From: Synechococcales cyanobacterium VAR_4_metabat_354
GTDB taxonomy: Bacteria > Cyanobacteriota > Cyanobacteriia > Cyanobacteriales > Chamaesiphonaceae
Assembly: GCA_031414775.1 (NCBI GenBank)
Contig: JANOQI010000041.1
Location: forward strand, 64,001 to 128,000
Length of the DNA stretch: 64,000 nt
Reading direction: 5' to 3'
Within the stretch, counting starts at the first letter, position 1. The number at the start of each line of letters is the position of its first letter. A program made the position numbers and the translations under genes. Below are positions 20,524 through 30,150 of this stretch, piece after piece. The notes beneath the pieces are model-generated. The model worked only from the letters and a program-made list of their open reading frames with translations, was not told where the DNA came from and did no database searches.

Positions 20524-21531
20524 ATGCTATCCCACCAAAAAGATCTAACATCAGGAATAGGTCGTTTTACCTGTCCCAACGTTTGGAAAGATACATATCA
20601 ACAAATTGAGAAGATTTTACAGAATTTTTACGGTTGCCAAGATTGCACTAAATTTTCTCCTGATATCAATCAAAGAATGTTATCCCAGGCAATACTTTCT
20701 ATTCCTATTTTGTGTGAATTGCAACAGCAAATCATCGCACTTAAGAATGATGGCTACTGTGCAATTATGATTGACAAATTTGGTTTGCAATCATTTGCAC
20801 CTGCCGATCGAAACAAATTATTATTCGCCTTTAGTATGGTCTTAGGCTATCCCACCCCTACCGATCCACACCAAGGACAACTGCTGTGGGATGTAAAGCA
20901 CCGTTCTTTACCTAAAGGACACTTTGCGACCTTCTCCGAACATAGCGATCGAGCGGCACTGCATACAGATACTCAATATTACGATAGCCCTGAAGATTAC
21001 TTCTTGCTCTATGTTGTGCGTTCAGCAGAGTGTGGTGGTGGTAAGTCTATGTTGTGCGATGGGCGAGAAATCCAGTCTTGTTTGTTAGAAAGTGCCCAGG
21101 GGCAAGAGGCTTTCGATGTACTTTCCACTTTCCACTTCCCTTTTCGTATTCCCACAACCTTTACTCAAGGCGGAACTGTTAATGCGATCGAAACTACCCA
21201 AGCTCCCATTTTTGGTGATGAACCCTTAATTCGGTTTCGTCACGATACTTTAGAAAAAGGTTTTCAAGCGCGACCCGATCTCGATGTGCCCGAGGCTCGC
21301 GAGGCGTTACGAGTATTACATCATGTATTGGAGAACAAAGTAAATGTGCTTAGTTACTATATGCAGGATGATGATTTAGTTATTTGTGATAACCATACGG
21401 CTCTACATGGTCGAACCATCTACTTGGATCATGCTCGACATTTTATTCGGGTACGAATGGGGCGTCAGCCTTTTATGCTGCCATCTAAAGGGGGCAATCT
21501 GATTTCTCCAATGCAGCCGGTTTATGCCTAG
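20524..21531 (+). CDS. TauD/TfdA family Fe(II)/2-oxoglutarate dioxygenase
   Basis: LHTDT (HxD), GGKS, DNHTALHGR and downstream R-H-F-I-R; AAGGA RBS. Confidence 0.88.
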   Translation: MLSHQKDLTSGIGRFTCPNVWKDTYQQIEKILQNFYGCQDCTKFSPDINQRMLSQAILSIPILCELQQQIIALKNDGYCAIMIDKFGLQSFAPADRNKLLFAFSMVLGYPTPTDPHQGQLLWDVKHRSLPKGHFATFSEHSDRAALHTDTQYYDSPEDYFLLYVVRSAECGGGKSMLCDGREIQSCLLESAQGQEAFDVLSTFHFPFRIPTTFTQGGTVNAIETTQAPIFGDEPLIRFRHDTLEKGFQARPDLDVPEAREALRVLHHVLENKVNVLSYYMQDDDLVICDNHTALHGRTIYLDHARHFIRVRMGRQPFMLPSKGGNLISPMQPVYA

Positions 21532-22670
21532 TGTGGCGTCTGCTGGCTGTGGCTCTAGCAGGATTTAGTGCTTTTCTGCATTTATATGCCACTCAATCGC
21601 TGCTCCCTCTGCTCACCAACGTTTTTCATGTTTCCAAAGTTGAAGCCAGTTTGACCGTTAGTGCCACCACAATCGGAGTTGCCTTGGCGGCACCGGTGAT
21701 GGGTTTATTAGCCGATCGATTAGGACGTAAACATATTATTGTGATGGCTGTTTTTGGTTTGGCCGTTCCCACCTGGTTGGCTGCTACCGCCGCTGATATT
21801 TATACTTTGGTAGGTTGGCGCTTTGTCCAGGGACTGTTTATGCCCGCGATTTTTGCAGTTACTGTTGCTTATATCAGTGAGGAATGGGAGAGTCACCGGA
21901 TTGGTTCCGGGATGGCTGCTTATATTACCGGCAATATCCTCGGCGGAGTTTTGGGTCGATTTTTAGCAGGGGTGATTGCTGCCCATTGGGGATGGCAGTG
22001 GTCTTTTTTAGTATTGGGCTGTATTAATTTTCTTAGCGGTGCTGCTATTTGGGCTTGGTTGCCGCGCTCCCAAAATTTTAAGCGCGAGCATCAAACAGCT
22101 GTTTTGATTGCTAACATGCTGCGGCATTTACGTAATCCCCAGCTATGGGCAGCTTACATTGTGGGGTTTAATGTGCTCTTTTCCAATGTTAGTACTTTTA
22201 CTTATGTTAATTTTTATCTAGCAGCAGCACCCTTTCAGCTGGGAACTGCCGCTTTGGGATCGGTGTTTTTTGTTTATTTATTAGGTGCGGTGGTAACTCC
22301 GATCGTCGGACCTTGGATGGTACGACTGGGATATCGGACAACGCTAGCGATCGCCATTTTGACCGCCAGTACTGGTGTTTTAATGACTCTCCAGCCGACG
22401 CTGTGGGTGATCATTTTAGGACTAGCAATTAGTGCAGCAGGTATTTTTGTTTGTCAATCGGCAGCCAATAGCTATTTGGGTGCTGTTTCTGGGCCAGCTA
22501 AAGCAACGGCCGCTGGATTATACGTTGCATTTTATTATCTAGGTGGTAGTCTGGGGGCGATTGCTCCCGGATTTGCTTGGTCAGTTGGAGCCTGGCCCGC
22601 TTGTGTGGCGATGATTATAGCTGTGCAAATATCAACAGCGGTGCTGGCCTTAACTTTTTGGCGGTCTTGA
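21531..22670 (+). CDS. MFS transporter, YnfM-like
   Basis: LYATQSLLP, GLLADRLGRK, RFVQG, YVAFYYLGGS; GTG start overlaps the TauD stop. Confidence 0.9.
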   Translation: MWRLLAVALAGFSAFLHLYATQSLLPLLTNVFHVSKVEASLTVSATTIGVALAAPVMGLLADRLGRKHIIVMAVFGLAVPTWLAATAADIYTLVGWRFVQGLFMPAIFAVTVAYISEEWESHRIGSGMAAYITGNILGGVLGRFLAGVIAAHWGWQWSFLVLGCINFLSGAAIWAWLPRSQNFKREHQTAVLIANMLRHLRNPQLWAAYIVGFNVLFSNVSTFTYVNFYLAAAPFQLGTAALGSVFFVYLLGAVVTPIVGPWMVRLGYRTTLAIAILTASTGVLMTLQPTLWVIILGLAISAAGIFVCQSAANSYLGAVSGPAKATAAGLYVAFYYLGGSLGAIAPGFAWSVGAWPACVAMIIAVQISTAVLALTFWRS

Positions 22671-24128
22671 CTTAGCAGCGGAACTTGGAGCAGTCGAGGA
22701 CGAACTCGGAACTACAACCATTGACGGAGTCTTTAAAGGCGAAAAATCATAGCTTGTTCCTGATTTTTTACCTGGTTGAACCTTAACTAAAGAAGCTTTC
22801 ATCAATCGATCACCTGACGGCAAAAATTGGATAGCTCCCGTTGCTCCTGGCACCGTAAAACCCGAATTCGACAGGGCTTGCTGTACTTGCTCGCGCGATT
22901 GACCGGACTTCAACCCAGAAATTGCCACCAGCGTTGCATCATAAGCCATTGCCGTTCGCCAGTTTCCAGAACCACCCCAAAGTTTATTGGCATTGGAAAC
23001 AAAGGAATTTCCGGTTACTATCGCCGGGTGCCAAGGAACTGCTAGTACCATATTATTCGCGTCAGCTTGACCTTGTTTCAGCGTTTCGATGGCATACATT
23101 GTCTGACTGCCAAAAATAGGCAATCTGCTTTTAGCTGCTTGTAATACACCAATGGCATGATGAACACCACTCAAAGATGGAGCCAGCACTAGCGCCTCTG
23201 CTCCGGCACTGATAGCTTGGCTAGGGACTTCACCGGCATCGAAGTTGGGGTCGGAAAAATCGCAGGGAGTCTTCAACACCTTACCGCCATTTTCAAATAC
23301 AGCGGTAGTAAACTCTTCTTGAAAAGACTGACTGGCCTCTGTCTTAGAAGCAAAACAGATGACCACCTTGGTTTTGCGGGCAGACTTAACAATGTGCTCT
23401 GCCAAAACGCTGGCCATGGCATTACTGCTAGGTGTTGTCCTAAATATATAACTGCCAATGCCGGATAAGTTTCTAGCAACACTGGTGGGAGAAATCATTA
23501 CTAGACCAGCTTCTTGATAGATTGGTGCTGCGGCTACGGAAGCTTCGCTGGCATTGTGCCCAATCACCGCTAGGATGCTCTTGTCTTTGGCAAATATAGT
23601 GGCAACTTGTTTAGCCATCTCCGGCATACTATTATCATTAGCAATTTCAACTTGCAGCAGTTTTCCTCCAATTCCACCATTTCGATTAAACTCTTGTTGA
23701 GCTTGAGCAACTCCCCGTAAAATTTCGCGAGCCACATTCAGGTTTCCCCCCACTGGAACGCTAGCTCCAATTTTAATGGTTGCTCCTTTCAGGGCGGCAG
23801 TGGCATTATTTAAATAAATCAAAGACTCTGGGTCATTGCGATTACTCTGAAGCGATGCTGCGAATTTTGTTGCTGCAGTTGAATAATCACCACTGGCATA
23901 AGCTTTAGTAGCTGCTTGTTTCTCTGGCAAATTATCTTCTGTCACCAATACTTGTTGACCCAAACTCAGCTGCTTTGAAATTGCCACCGAACTTACTTTG
24001 CTACTGTTCGAACTAGGGATTCCCTTGAACGCCAATCCCTGTGATCTATTACTGAGCAACCAGAACACTGCTGGTCCAATTAAGGCCAAAAGAATCAAAT
24101 ATACGTATAGAACTAAATTCTTGTTCAT
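22650..24128 (-). CDS. Membrane-anchored branched-chain amino acid (LivJ-type) substrate-binding protein with TPR-like segment
   Basis: N-terminal TM; NDPESLIYLNNA; LRGVAQAQ, VIGHNAS, ISPTS, AMAYDA, GATGAIQF. Confidence 0.85.
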   Translation of the reverse strand: MNKNLVLYVYLILLALIGPAVFWLLSNRSQGLAFKGIPSSNSSKVSSVAISKQLSLGQQVLVTEDNLPEKQAATKAYASGDYSTAATKFAASLQSNRNDPESLIYLNNATAALKGATIKIGASVPVGGNLNVAREILRGVAQAQQEFNRNGGIGGKLLQVEIANDNSMPEMAKQVATIFAKDKSILAVIGHNASEASVAAAPIYQEAGLVMISPTSVARNLSGIGSYIFRTTPSSNAMASVLAEHIVKSARKTKVVICFASKTEASQSFQEEFTTAVFENGGKVLKTPCDFSDPNFDAGEVPSQAISAGAEALVLAPSLSGVHHAIGVLQAAKSRLPIFGSQTMYAIETLKQGQADANNMVLAVPWHPAIVTGNSFVSNANKLWGGSGNWRTAMAYDATLVAISGLKSGQSREQVQQALSNSGFTVPGATGAIQFLPSGDRLMKASLVKVQPGKKSGTSYDFSPLKTPSMVVVPSSSSTAPSSAAKSRPPKS

Positions 24129-24607
24129 TTTGGGAGGGTTTATACCTCTGTTGGTTAAATATTGATTAGATTACAGCGTTATATCCAAATATCCAAAATA
24201 AATCAAATCATGTTCTTGTTTATCTTTTGGATAAATACTTCAGTTTTGTGAAAAAATGTTGAATGGCTCTGTTCTTGATGAAACTGGGTTACTTCATTTA
24301 ATTCGCACTAGTTGCGGGACATAATATTATATGCATTAATGCAGAGGATTTTCAAGTGTTTAGTGGTAATCGATCAAAGATACTTTAACAAAACCCGTCA
24401 GAGAAAAGAGTCTGACTGACGGATAGAAGTCCCGTAATTCTTTCCCAGCAATAACTACATGATCGATTTTAACCTCGGCTGTGAGCCTCAAACCCTTTGA
24501 CTTCGTGGACAGCTTGAGAATATTGCAGTGAAAATCAAGGAATCCCAAAAATAAAACTAAGATAGTTTGTAATAATTATCTTGTTTATACCAGAGAAAAC
24601 TACCTTT

Positions 24608-25711
24608 TTATAGATTTTGTAGTAAGTAAGCAATTGAGCTTGTTAAAGCACTTAAATCGTGTTTTTTGTACCATTGATGGGCATTGTTGGCAATGGTTTG
24701 AGCAAGAATAGTGTCAATGGTTTTTTTATTCTGAATTGACCAATAATGTTTCCCTAATTCAATTTCATATTGATTATTGCCAACATTTTCAGTATTAAAA
24801 ACTGAAAGTAATTGGTGAGCACAATAGGCTGCAAATACGCCAGATTTACCGGCATATTGTGCTGGATAGTTTATGAACCCTGCTTTTGCCGAGCTTAAGA
24901 TTTCTGAGATTTCTGAGCTTGGCAAAATTCCCATTGAATTTACTTTGACTTGAGGAATATTTTTGATGACATTTTTTGAATTAGCCCCAATATCATAAAT
25001 TTCTTGAATTCCTAGTTGGTGGCAAATATCGGTTAATTGGTCGAGGCAGTCCGTATAAATAAGCTGACGGAGACTAGCATTACCAAAGGTCACTAACCAA
25101 GGTCGTCTTTGCTCCAAGGGCAATAATATATTAGGTTCCCCAATATTAGAAATTACTGGCCATATAGAAGTTTGATCAACATGATCAGACGAGAATTTTT
25201 TAATCCTATCAGCAAATATCTGGTTGCTAGTTATTGCTCGATCGCAAAGTTGAGCTAGATCTTTGGCAATTTTTTGTTGGAGAGGTGATGTCCAAAATTG
25301 ACTACTCCAAGGCAAATTAGATGTAGCGTAAAGTTCGTGAAATATGATGACTAGTCGCCGATTCTTTTTAGAAGATCGCCATTTTTGTAAAGTATCTAAT
25401 AACCAGAATGGACAGCCTCGCTGGGCATAACCATAACCAACGTAGTGCAGCAAAATGGTATCTAATTCATGATGTTGCTCTAAGATAGATAATAATGCTG
25501 GACTGGTGCGCTCCGGTAGCTGAATGGGACTCAATAATTCTTTTGTGTTAGCCTCGACTGGTTTTTGAGGATCGCAAGCAATGAACTGGGTAGAAATCCC
25601 AAAATTTGTTTGCAAAGAACGTGCTAGTAGATCAGCATAGTCACCTACTCCATCAACAATGGGAGGTAATCTGGGTACGATCATGATGCAGGAGTTGCGA
25701 TTTAGGAGCAT
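24608..25711 (-). CDS. Glycosyltransferase (GT-B fold, GT4-like)
   Basis: PPIVDGVGDY, LHYVGYGY, IFHEL, KSGVFAAY; AT-rich. Confidence 0.75.
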   Translation of the reverse strand: MLLNRNSCIMIVPRLPPIVDGVGDYADLLARSLQTNFGISTQFIACDPQKPVEANTKELLSPIQLPERTSPALLSILEQHHELDTILLHYVGYGYAQRGCPFWLLDTLQKWRSSKKNRRLVIIFHELYATSNLPWSSQFWTSPLQQKIAKDLAQLCDRAITSNQIFADRIKKFSSDHVDQTSIWPVISNIGEPNILLPLEQRRPWLVTFGNASLRQLIYTDCLDQLTDICHQLGIQEIYDIGANSKNVIKNIPQVKVNSMGILPSSEISEILSSAKAGFINYPAQYAGKSGVFAAYCAHQLLSVFNTENVGNNQYEIELGKHYWSIQNKKTIDTILAQTIANNAHQWYKKHDLSALTSSIAYLLQNL

Positions 25712-25850
25712 ACTAGGTTAGTTTTGAATGTCTGCAATTCTATTTTTAGGCAACGCTTTAACATCTTTTATTAATTAGCAAGAAAATTTGTCTTAGAACG
25801 ATTCTGATTTGTTGTTCGATCGCTATGTAATACAAACTGTATTTTCCGAT

Positions 25851-26465
25851 TCAGTAATGCTTTTTAATAGTTGCTGGGTTGCCAGCAATTAAAACTCTAT
25901 CAGTAGTATGAAATGTTTTTGTTACTACACTGCCTGCACCAATCATCGCTTGATTGGGGATGTTACAGAGGAGGATGGTGCTGCGTGCCCCGATATAAAC
26001 TTCTTCACCAATCTCGATGTTAATTGGGATCAAATTTGGAATATTTTCTTCGATAGTTCTAGTGTGACTCCACAGGTGTGTATCACGGCCAGCAAAAACG
26101 CTTTCGCTACCGATTTTTACGGTACCTGCGACATCAATGAAGTGATTATTCATAAATAATACTTTATTTTTTAATATCAATTGTCGAGTCCAACCAGATT
26201 CTTCTGGATAGGTGATAGTAGAACCAGAAAACTGATTGAACTTACCAAAGTAGCAGTCATTGCCGATTTCAAGATATTTTATGCGCTGGAAAATATTCAA
26301 ATGTCCGATGTGTACATTGTTCTTAATAACTACTTTTTCAGCATTAATGTAAGTTAAGCCAATTTTTGCATTTTTACCAATTTCCCAACCTAAGAAAAAT
26401 CGATAAACAAAACATTTCACTGGTGATGGTAAGAAAACAGCAATTATTAGTAATAAGCTTCTCAT
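25851..26465 (-). CDS. Left-handed beta-helix acyltransferase
   Basis: Hexapeptide repeats (IGKNAKIG, IGNDCYFG, IGEEVYIG), IGAGSVV, AGNPA. Confidence 0.85.
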   Translation of the reverse strand: MRSLLLIIAVFLPSPVKCFVYRFFLGWEIGKNAKIGLTYINAEKVVIKNNVHIGHLNIFQRIKYLEIGNDCYFGKFNQFSGSTITYPEESGWTRQLILKNKVLFMNNHFIDVAGTVKIGSESVFAGRDTHLWSHTRTIEENIPNLIPINIEIGEEVYIGARSTILLCNIPNQAMIGAGSVVTKTFHTTDRVLIAGNPATIKKHY

Positions 26466-26656
26466 TATTTTTAAACTGCATTCAGTAAGCCAGATATTTG
26501 GCTGCTTACTTGGACAGGAATATATTAACTATAGTAATCTCGCTAATTATATATCTCTTTTTGACACTTGACTTTTACAAATGAATATTTATGACATTAA
26601 GACATTGAATTATTTGTCTGGTGACTCTCAAATCAAGGTGTTCGATCTGACATACA

Positions 26657-26703
26657 GCATTTTCTAGTCAAAAAAATGGAATACCCTATTGACTAGAAAA
26701 TGC
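26657..26703. terminator. Stem-loop downstream of the SnoaL-like gene
   Basis: GCATTTTCTAGTCAA-N17-TTGACTAGAAAATGC perfect 15-bp inverted repeat. Confidence 0.65.
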
Positions 26704-26723
26704 CGTATTACCATGATTTGAAA

Positions 26724-27131
26724 TTATTGGAGATTGGCGATTGTTGCTGCTGGATTCCAGTAAGCGCGCAAAGTTTGAATTTGCCCAGTGGCATTGAACT
26801 CAAACAAATCGATACCTTCAAAGGTAACAGCGACTCCATTTCTACCAGTGCCTCTCCCTGACCATTTCACGGCGGCTTCGTTGCCATTGATGGCTGTGAA
26901 ATCTGCGGCTAATTCTATTTCCATGAAAAAAGTACCTATTTGCTGAAAACCTTGAAGTAGTCCAGCGTGCCCTTCTAAAGCTGGACCATCGGCAGGATCG
27001 TAGCTGATAGTGTCTAATGCAAAACAAGCTACCATTTCTGCGGCTTTGTTGGTGGAGCGGGTGGCGGCAAAGTATCGATCGATCGTTGCCTGAATTTTTT
27101 CGGGAGACAAAGCTGTGGTTTTGTCGGACAT
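26724..27131 (-). CDS. SnoaL/NTF2-like (ketosteroid isomerase-like) protein
   Basis: IDRYFAA, YDP, FEGIDLFEFNATGQIQTLRAYW. Confidence 0.85.
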   Translation of the reverse strand: MSDKTTALSPEKIQATIDRYFAATRSTNKAAEMVACFALDTISYDPADGPALEGHAGLLQGFQQIGTFFMEIELAADFTAINGNEAAVKWSGRGTGRNGVAVTFEGIDLFEFNATGQIQTLRAYWNPAATIANLQ

Positions 27132-27205
27132 AATTAATTCCTCAAGGTTGATGGTGGAGCTGAATTGTTTATAAAGCAGTTGAATTCAGAATTTTAGTTA
27201 GTTGG

Positions 27206-27742
27206 TTAACTGCCAATGTTATAGCCAGCTCCGATCAAAATTCCAATATCGGCGTTACGATCGCTCGGGAACCCGGCATTGATCCGGACGGTGCCAGTAA
27301 AGTTCTTGGAGAGGGGAATGTCAATACCGCCGGAGATGGCTGGGCTGATGAATAAACCTTCGTTGTAGCGCAGCATGGCTCCGCCACCGATGAAAGGAGA
27401 GATAACTGTTTGTCCGGTCGCATTGCGGATGGGAAATTCAGCGGTGAGGATAATCATAGAGGTGGCTGCGCCGCCACCAAAGAGGACGGTGGCATCGTGC
27501 AGGGACAAGTTTTCGGTGAATCCAACTTTGCTGAGAATTGCCAGACCGCCGCCGGTACCGAGGGAGGTGGTGTTGCCGTTTAGTCCGATCGATCCACCGA
27601 TGCCCAGGTAGCTGGTCGGAGCATGAATATCTTCATCTTTTGGTGGGGCGGACTGGGCAACAGCTGGGGATAAATTGAGAGTACTATAGAGCGCTAGGCC
27701 GCTGAGGGTTAGCTGTAAAAATTTGATACAAAATGGGGACAT
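27206..27742 (-). CDS. Exported protein, probable small outer-membrane beta-barrel
   Basis: Signal peptide (AVA-Q), SYLGIGG, SPFIGGG, GGIDIPL, terminal IGAGYNI strand. Confidence 0.6.
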   Translation of the reverse strand: MSPFCIKFLQLTLSGLALYSTLNLSPAVAQSAPPKDEDIHAPTSYLGIGGSIGLNGNTTSLGTGGGLAILSKVGFTENLSLHDATVLFGGGAATSMIILTAEFPIRNATGQTVISPFIGGGAMLRYNEGLFISPAISGGIDIPLSKNFTGTVRINAGFPSDRNADIGILIGAGYNIGS

Positions 27743-27843
27743 GAGGTTTGAACTGCGTGAACTATAAAGTTATACGCTCATAAATAGCTCTTGGATTTAT
27801 GGTGGTGGAGATCGATATCGATCGATTGACTCCCATAATTAAG

Positions 27844-29364
27844 CTACTCCACTTTCTCCCGCTGCTGCAAAGGCTTAATCACCCTGCCCACCGCCTCCTG
27901 CAAGAACAACTTCACAAACTCATCCTGCTTCGCTAACTGAAACTGCTCTTCCACTACCGCCGTAATTCCCCCATCCCCCCAATCTTGATTGCGGCGAAAA
28001 TACTCAATAAAACTCTTCCCCGCAATCCGGGTTAGATAAGCTCCCGTCACTCCTTGAATTGCCTGGCTCAAAAGATATGTAGCTACCGTAATCTTCAAAG
28101 CTGTTGATACTAATTTAATCGCTCCTTTCAAGATCCCTAACCCCGCTAGTGTTTTCCCCAAGGACAAAGCTAATTCCTTGGCTGTTTCTCGATCGAGCTG
28201 ACACCCATATACTTGACCAATATCAATAACCATCTGGCCATTAATTGCTGCCGTTGTAATCATATCTACGAAAGGCAAAGGATTAATCGCGATCGTTCCA
28301 GCACTAATCCACTGATACTTATCCACAATTTTGTGAGCCTGCCGCAGCCGCTCTTCCTCAATTAGCTCCTTGGCCGCGCCACTCAGTCGCTGGGACTGCT
28401 GCAAAATATTTTCGGCCACCAAATCCTCGCCGGTTGATCGCAAGATATCGGCTAAGCGCTGGAGAAAGTCATTGATATCGGGTTGGGGCTGGAAAGTTTG
28501 ACCATCCGCTAGCTGAACAGATCGCGGACTAGCCATTACCGCCACCACATCATTCGGTTGAATGACCCCGGCGACCCGCGATCGTAATTGCGCCAAAATC
28601 GCTGATCGATCAGCTGCTGGATACAAATCAGCCTTATTGAAAACTAAGATCGATCGCTTGCCCACCTCGGCCAAAGCTCGCAGTGGTTCCAACTCCGAAT
28701 TGCGGAGGTCATTATCTACCACAAACAAAACCATCGCGGCGGCAGCGGCCTCTTCCCTAGCGATTCGTCCCCGTTCCGTTCCGGCCAGACCCGCTTCCAA
28801 AATTCCCGGTGTATCGATTAACAAAATCTGGCGCTCTAAACCGCGTAAGTTCAAGGTGTATTCCTGGGTTCCAGCGGTAGTGCCCATCACCGCCCCCACT
28901 GCGCCGACAATCTGTCCGGTCAAGGCATTGATCAGGGAAGTTTTACCGACCGAACCAGTGCCAAAAATAATGATCCGAACCGGTCCCCGCTTCAGACTTT
29001 CGGCAATTTCGGCGGATCTAGCTAATAGTGCGGCGCGCGCTACCTCGTCTTGAATCTGTTGTACCTGTTGATTGATAGCATCTAGGTTGACTTGAGCTGC
29101 TGACTGGCGATCAGCTGGCACTACTGGCTGTGGTTTAGGTTTTTTGCGTTGAAATCCTTGATTAAAAACACCACCATAGTAGATGAGGAGTCCGATCGAT
29201 CCTAAAATCAGTGCGATGATCGTAGCCAGCAAGATATTTGCCAACCAAGGTGAAGTCAGAGCCACTTGGCTGTACAAGCCATAAATTGAGCTAACTAACC
29301 ATAAACCAAGAATTAAAACTATCCCCAGTCCGATGACCCTGATCCAAAATGATGGCAAGCGCAT
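27844..29364 (-). CDS. YcjF/DUF697 family GTPase with N-terminal TM helices
   Basis: GTGSVGKTS, DTPG, NKAD, NPLPFVD, YLTRIAGKSF. Confidence 0.88.
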   Translation of the reverse strand: MRLPSFWIRVIGLGIVLILGLWLVSSIYGLYSQVALTSPWLANILLATIIALILGSIGLLIYYGGVFNQGFQRKKPKPQPVVPADRQSAAQVNLDAINQQVQQIQDEVARAALLARSAEIAESLKRGPVRIIIFGTGSVGKTSLINALTGQIVGAVGAVMGTTAGTQEYTLNLRGLERQILLIDTPGILEAGLAGTERGRIAREEAAAAAMVLFVVDNDLRNSELEPLRALAEVGKRSILVFNKADLYPAADRSAILAQLRSRVAGVIQPNDVVAVMASPRSVQLADGQTFQPQPDINDFLQRLADILRSTGEDLVAENILQQSQRLSGAAKELIEEERLRQAHKIVDKYQWISAGTIAINPLPFVDMITTAAINGQMVIDIGQVYGCQLDRETAKELALSLGKTLAGLGILKGAIKLVSTALKITVATYLLSQAIQGVTGAYLTRIAGKSFIEYFRRNQDWGDGGITAVVEEQFQLAKQDEFVKLFLQEAVGRVIKPLQQREKVE

Positions 29365-29426
29365 AGATTGTAGTTCCGAAGCGAGATTGCTATCCTTAAT
29401 AATAGGAAATATTGGGAGTTAGTTGC

Positions 29427-29831
29427 GTGGGACAGTACGAACGTTTGATTTTGCTGGCGGAAGATCAATTAACTGAATACAGTAGCGATGCGCGGAAAGT
29501 CGAAAAGCTCCGCCAAAAATTTGGTCTTTCAGTATCCCGAAATGAGCAGGCGGAGATTAAAAAACAACTCGAAGCTGAACTACCCAGCAGCGGCATTGCC
29601 AAAATTGTAGAAGAACAGCGTCAGGCCGTATCTTTGCCTTTTTGGGGTATCGCTGGTTTAGGTTTATTGTTTGGAATTGCCGCAAACCAACCACTAGACT
29701 ACATCGGGGTAGTAGTCGGCGTAGCCGGGGCTATTACTTTGCAAAAATGGGGCTGGCAGCTGCAATCCAAAAGACTAGTTCTAAACACTCTTAACGATAT
29801 TGAAGAACGGATTAAAAAACCGATTAATTAA
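29427..29831 (+). CDS. Hypothetical membrane protein
   Basis: GTG start; LPFWGIAGLGLL plus a second TM segment. Confidence 0.75.
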   Translation: MGQYERLILLAEDQLTEYSSDARKVEKLRQKFGLSVSRNEQAEIKKQLEAELPSSGIAKIVEEQRQAVSLPFWGIAGLGLLFGIAANQPLDYIGVVVGVAGAITLQKWGWQLQSKRLVLNTLNDIEERIKKPIN

Positions 29832-30040
29832 CTTCTAGACCGTTTGTAAAAGCGTTGACCACATTTAGGATTTGCACAGTTAGATGGATAAAAACCAAAT
29901 AATGATATTAATTTTTCCCACCAACCGCTACGGCGAGAACGAAATGCGCCCTGTCTGCAACAAGCTTGATGTTGATAGCCGGTAAATGCGTTAAATACTA
30001 TAAACGACCTGGCAAATTCTACTTTAATGGTGATTTGAAT
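29828..30040 (-). other. Open frame encoding a zinc-ribbon-like small protein with no canonical start (pseudogene or non-AUG start)
   Basis: 70 sense codons ending ACCRQGAFRSRRSGWWEKLISLFGFYPSNCANPKCGQRFYKRSRS; stop overlaps the stop of the convergent gene. Confidence 0.4.
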
Positions 30041-30150
30041 CTAACATGGAATTATCACGAATAATCTAGAATTCGACCCTGTAATTTCATGCTGAATATT
30101 ACATTTTGGCATTCAATTTGTAACTATTAGTCATAATCTAAAACTTTCTA

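Noticed and set aside
5672..22670. NRPS, methyltransferase, TauD and MFS as one biosynthetic cluster
   Set aside because: Separated by about 10 kb of unrelated core genes (psbX, ycf66, desA, GTPase); nothing in the sequence links them
24360..24548. 62-aa minus-strand ORF faintly resembling a transposase C-terminus (STKSKGLRLTAEV), with a CCGTCAG...CTGACGG hairpin
   Set aside because: No catalytic motif, terminal inverted repeats or target duplication seen; the hairpin could simply terminate the glycosyltransferase transcript
26724..27131. NTF2-fold protein as an OCP C-terminal domain homologue
   Set aside because: Sequence looks like the ketosteroid isomerase/SnoaL type and no carotenoid-protein genes are adjacent
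28562..29053. 163-aa plus-strand ORF, and the other short track ORFs nested in or antisense to long genes
   Set aside because: Shadow frames of well-supported genes, with no motifs of their own
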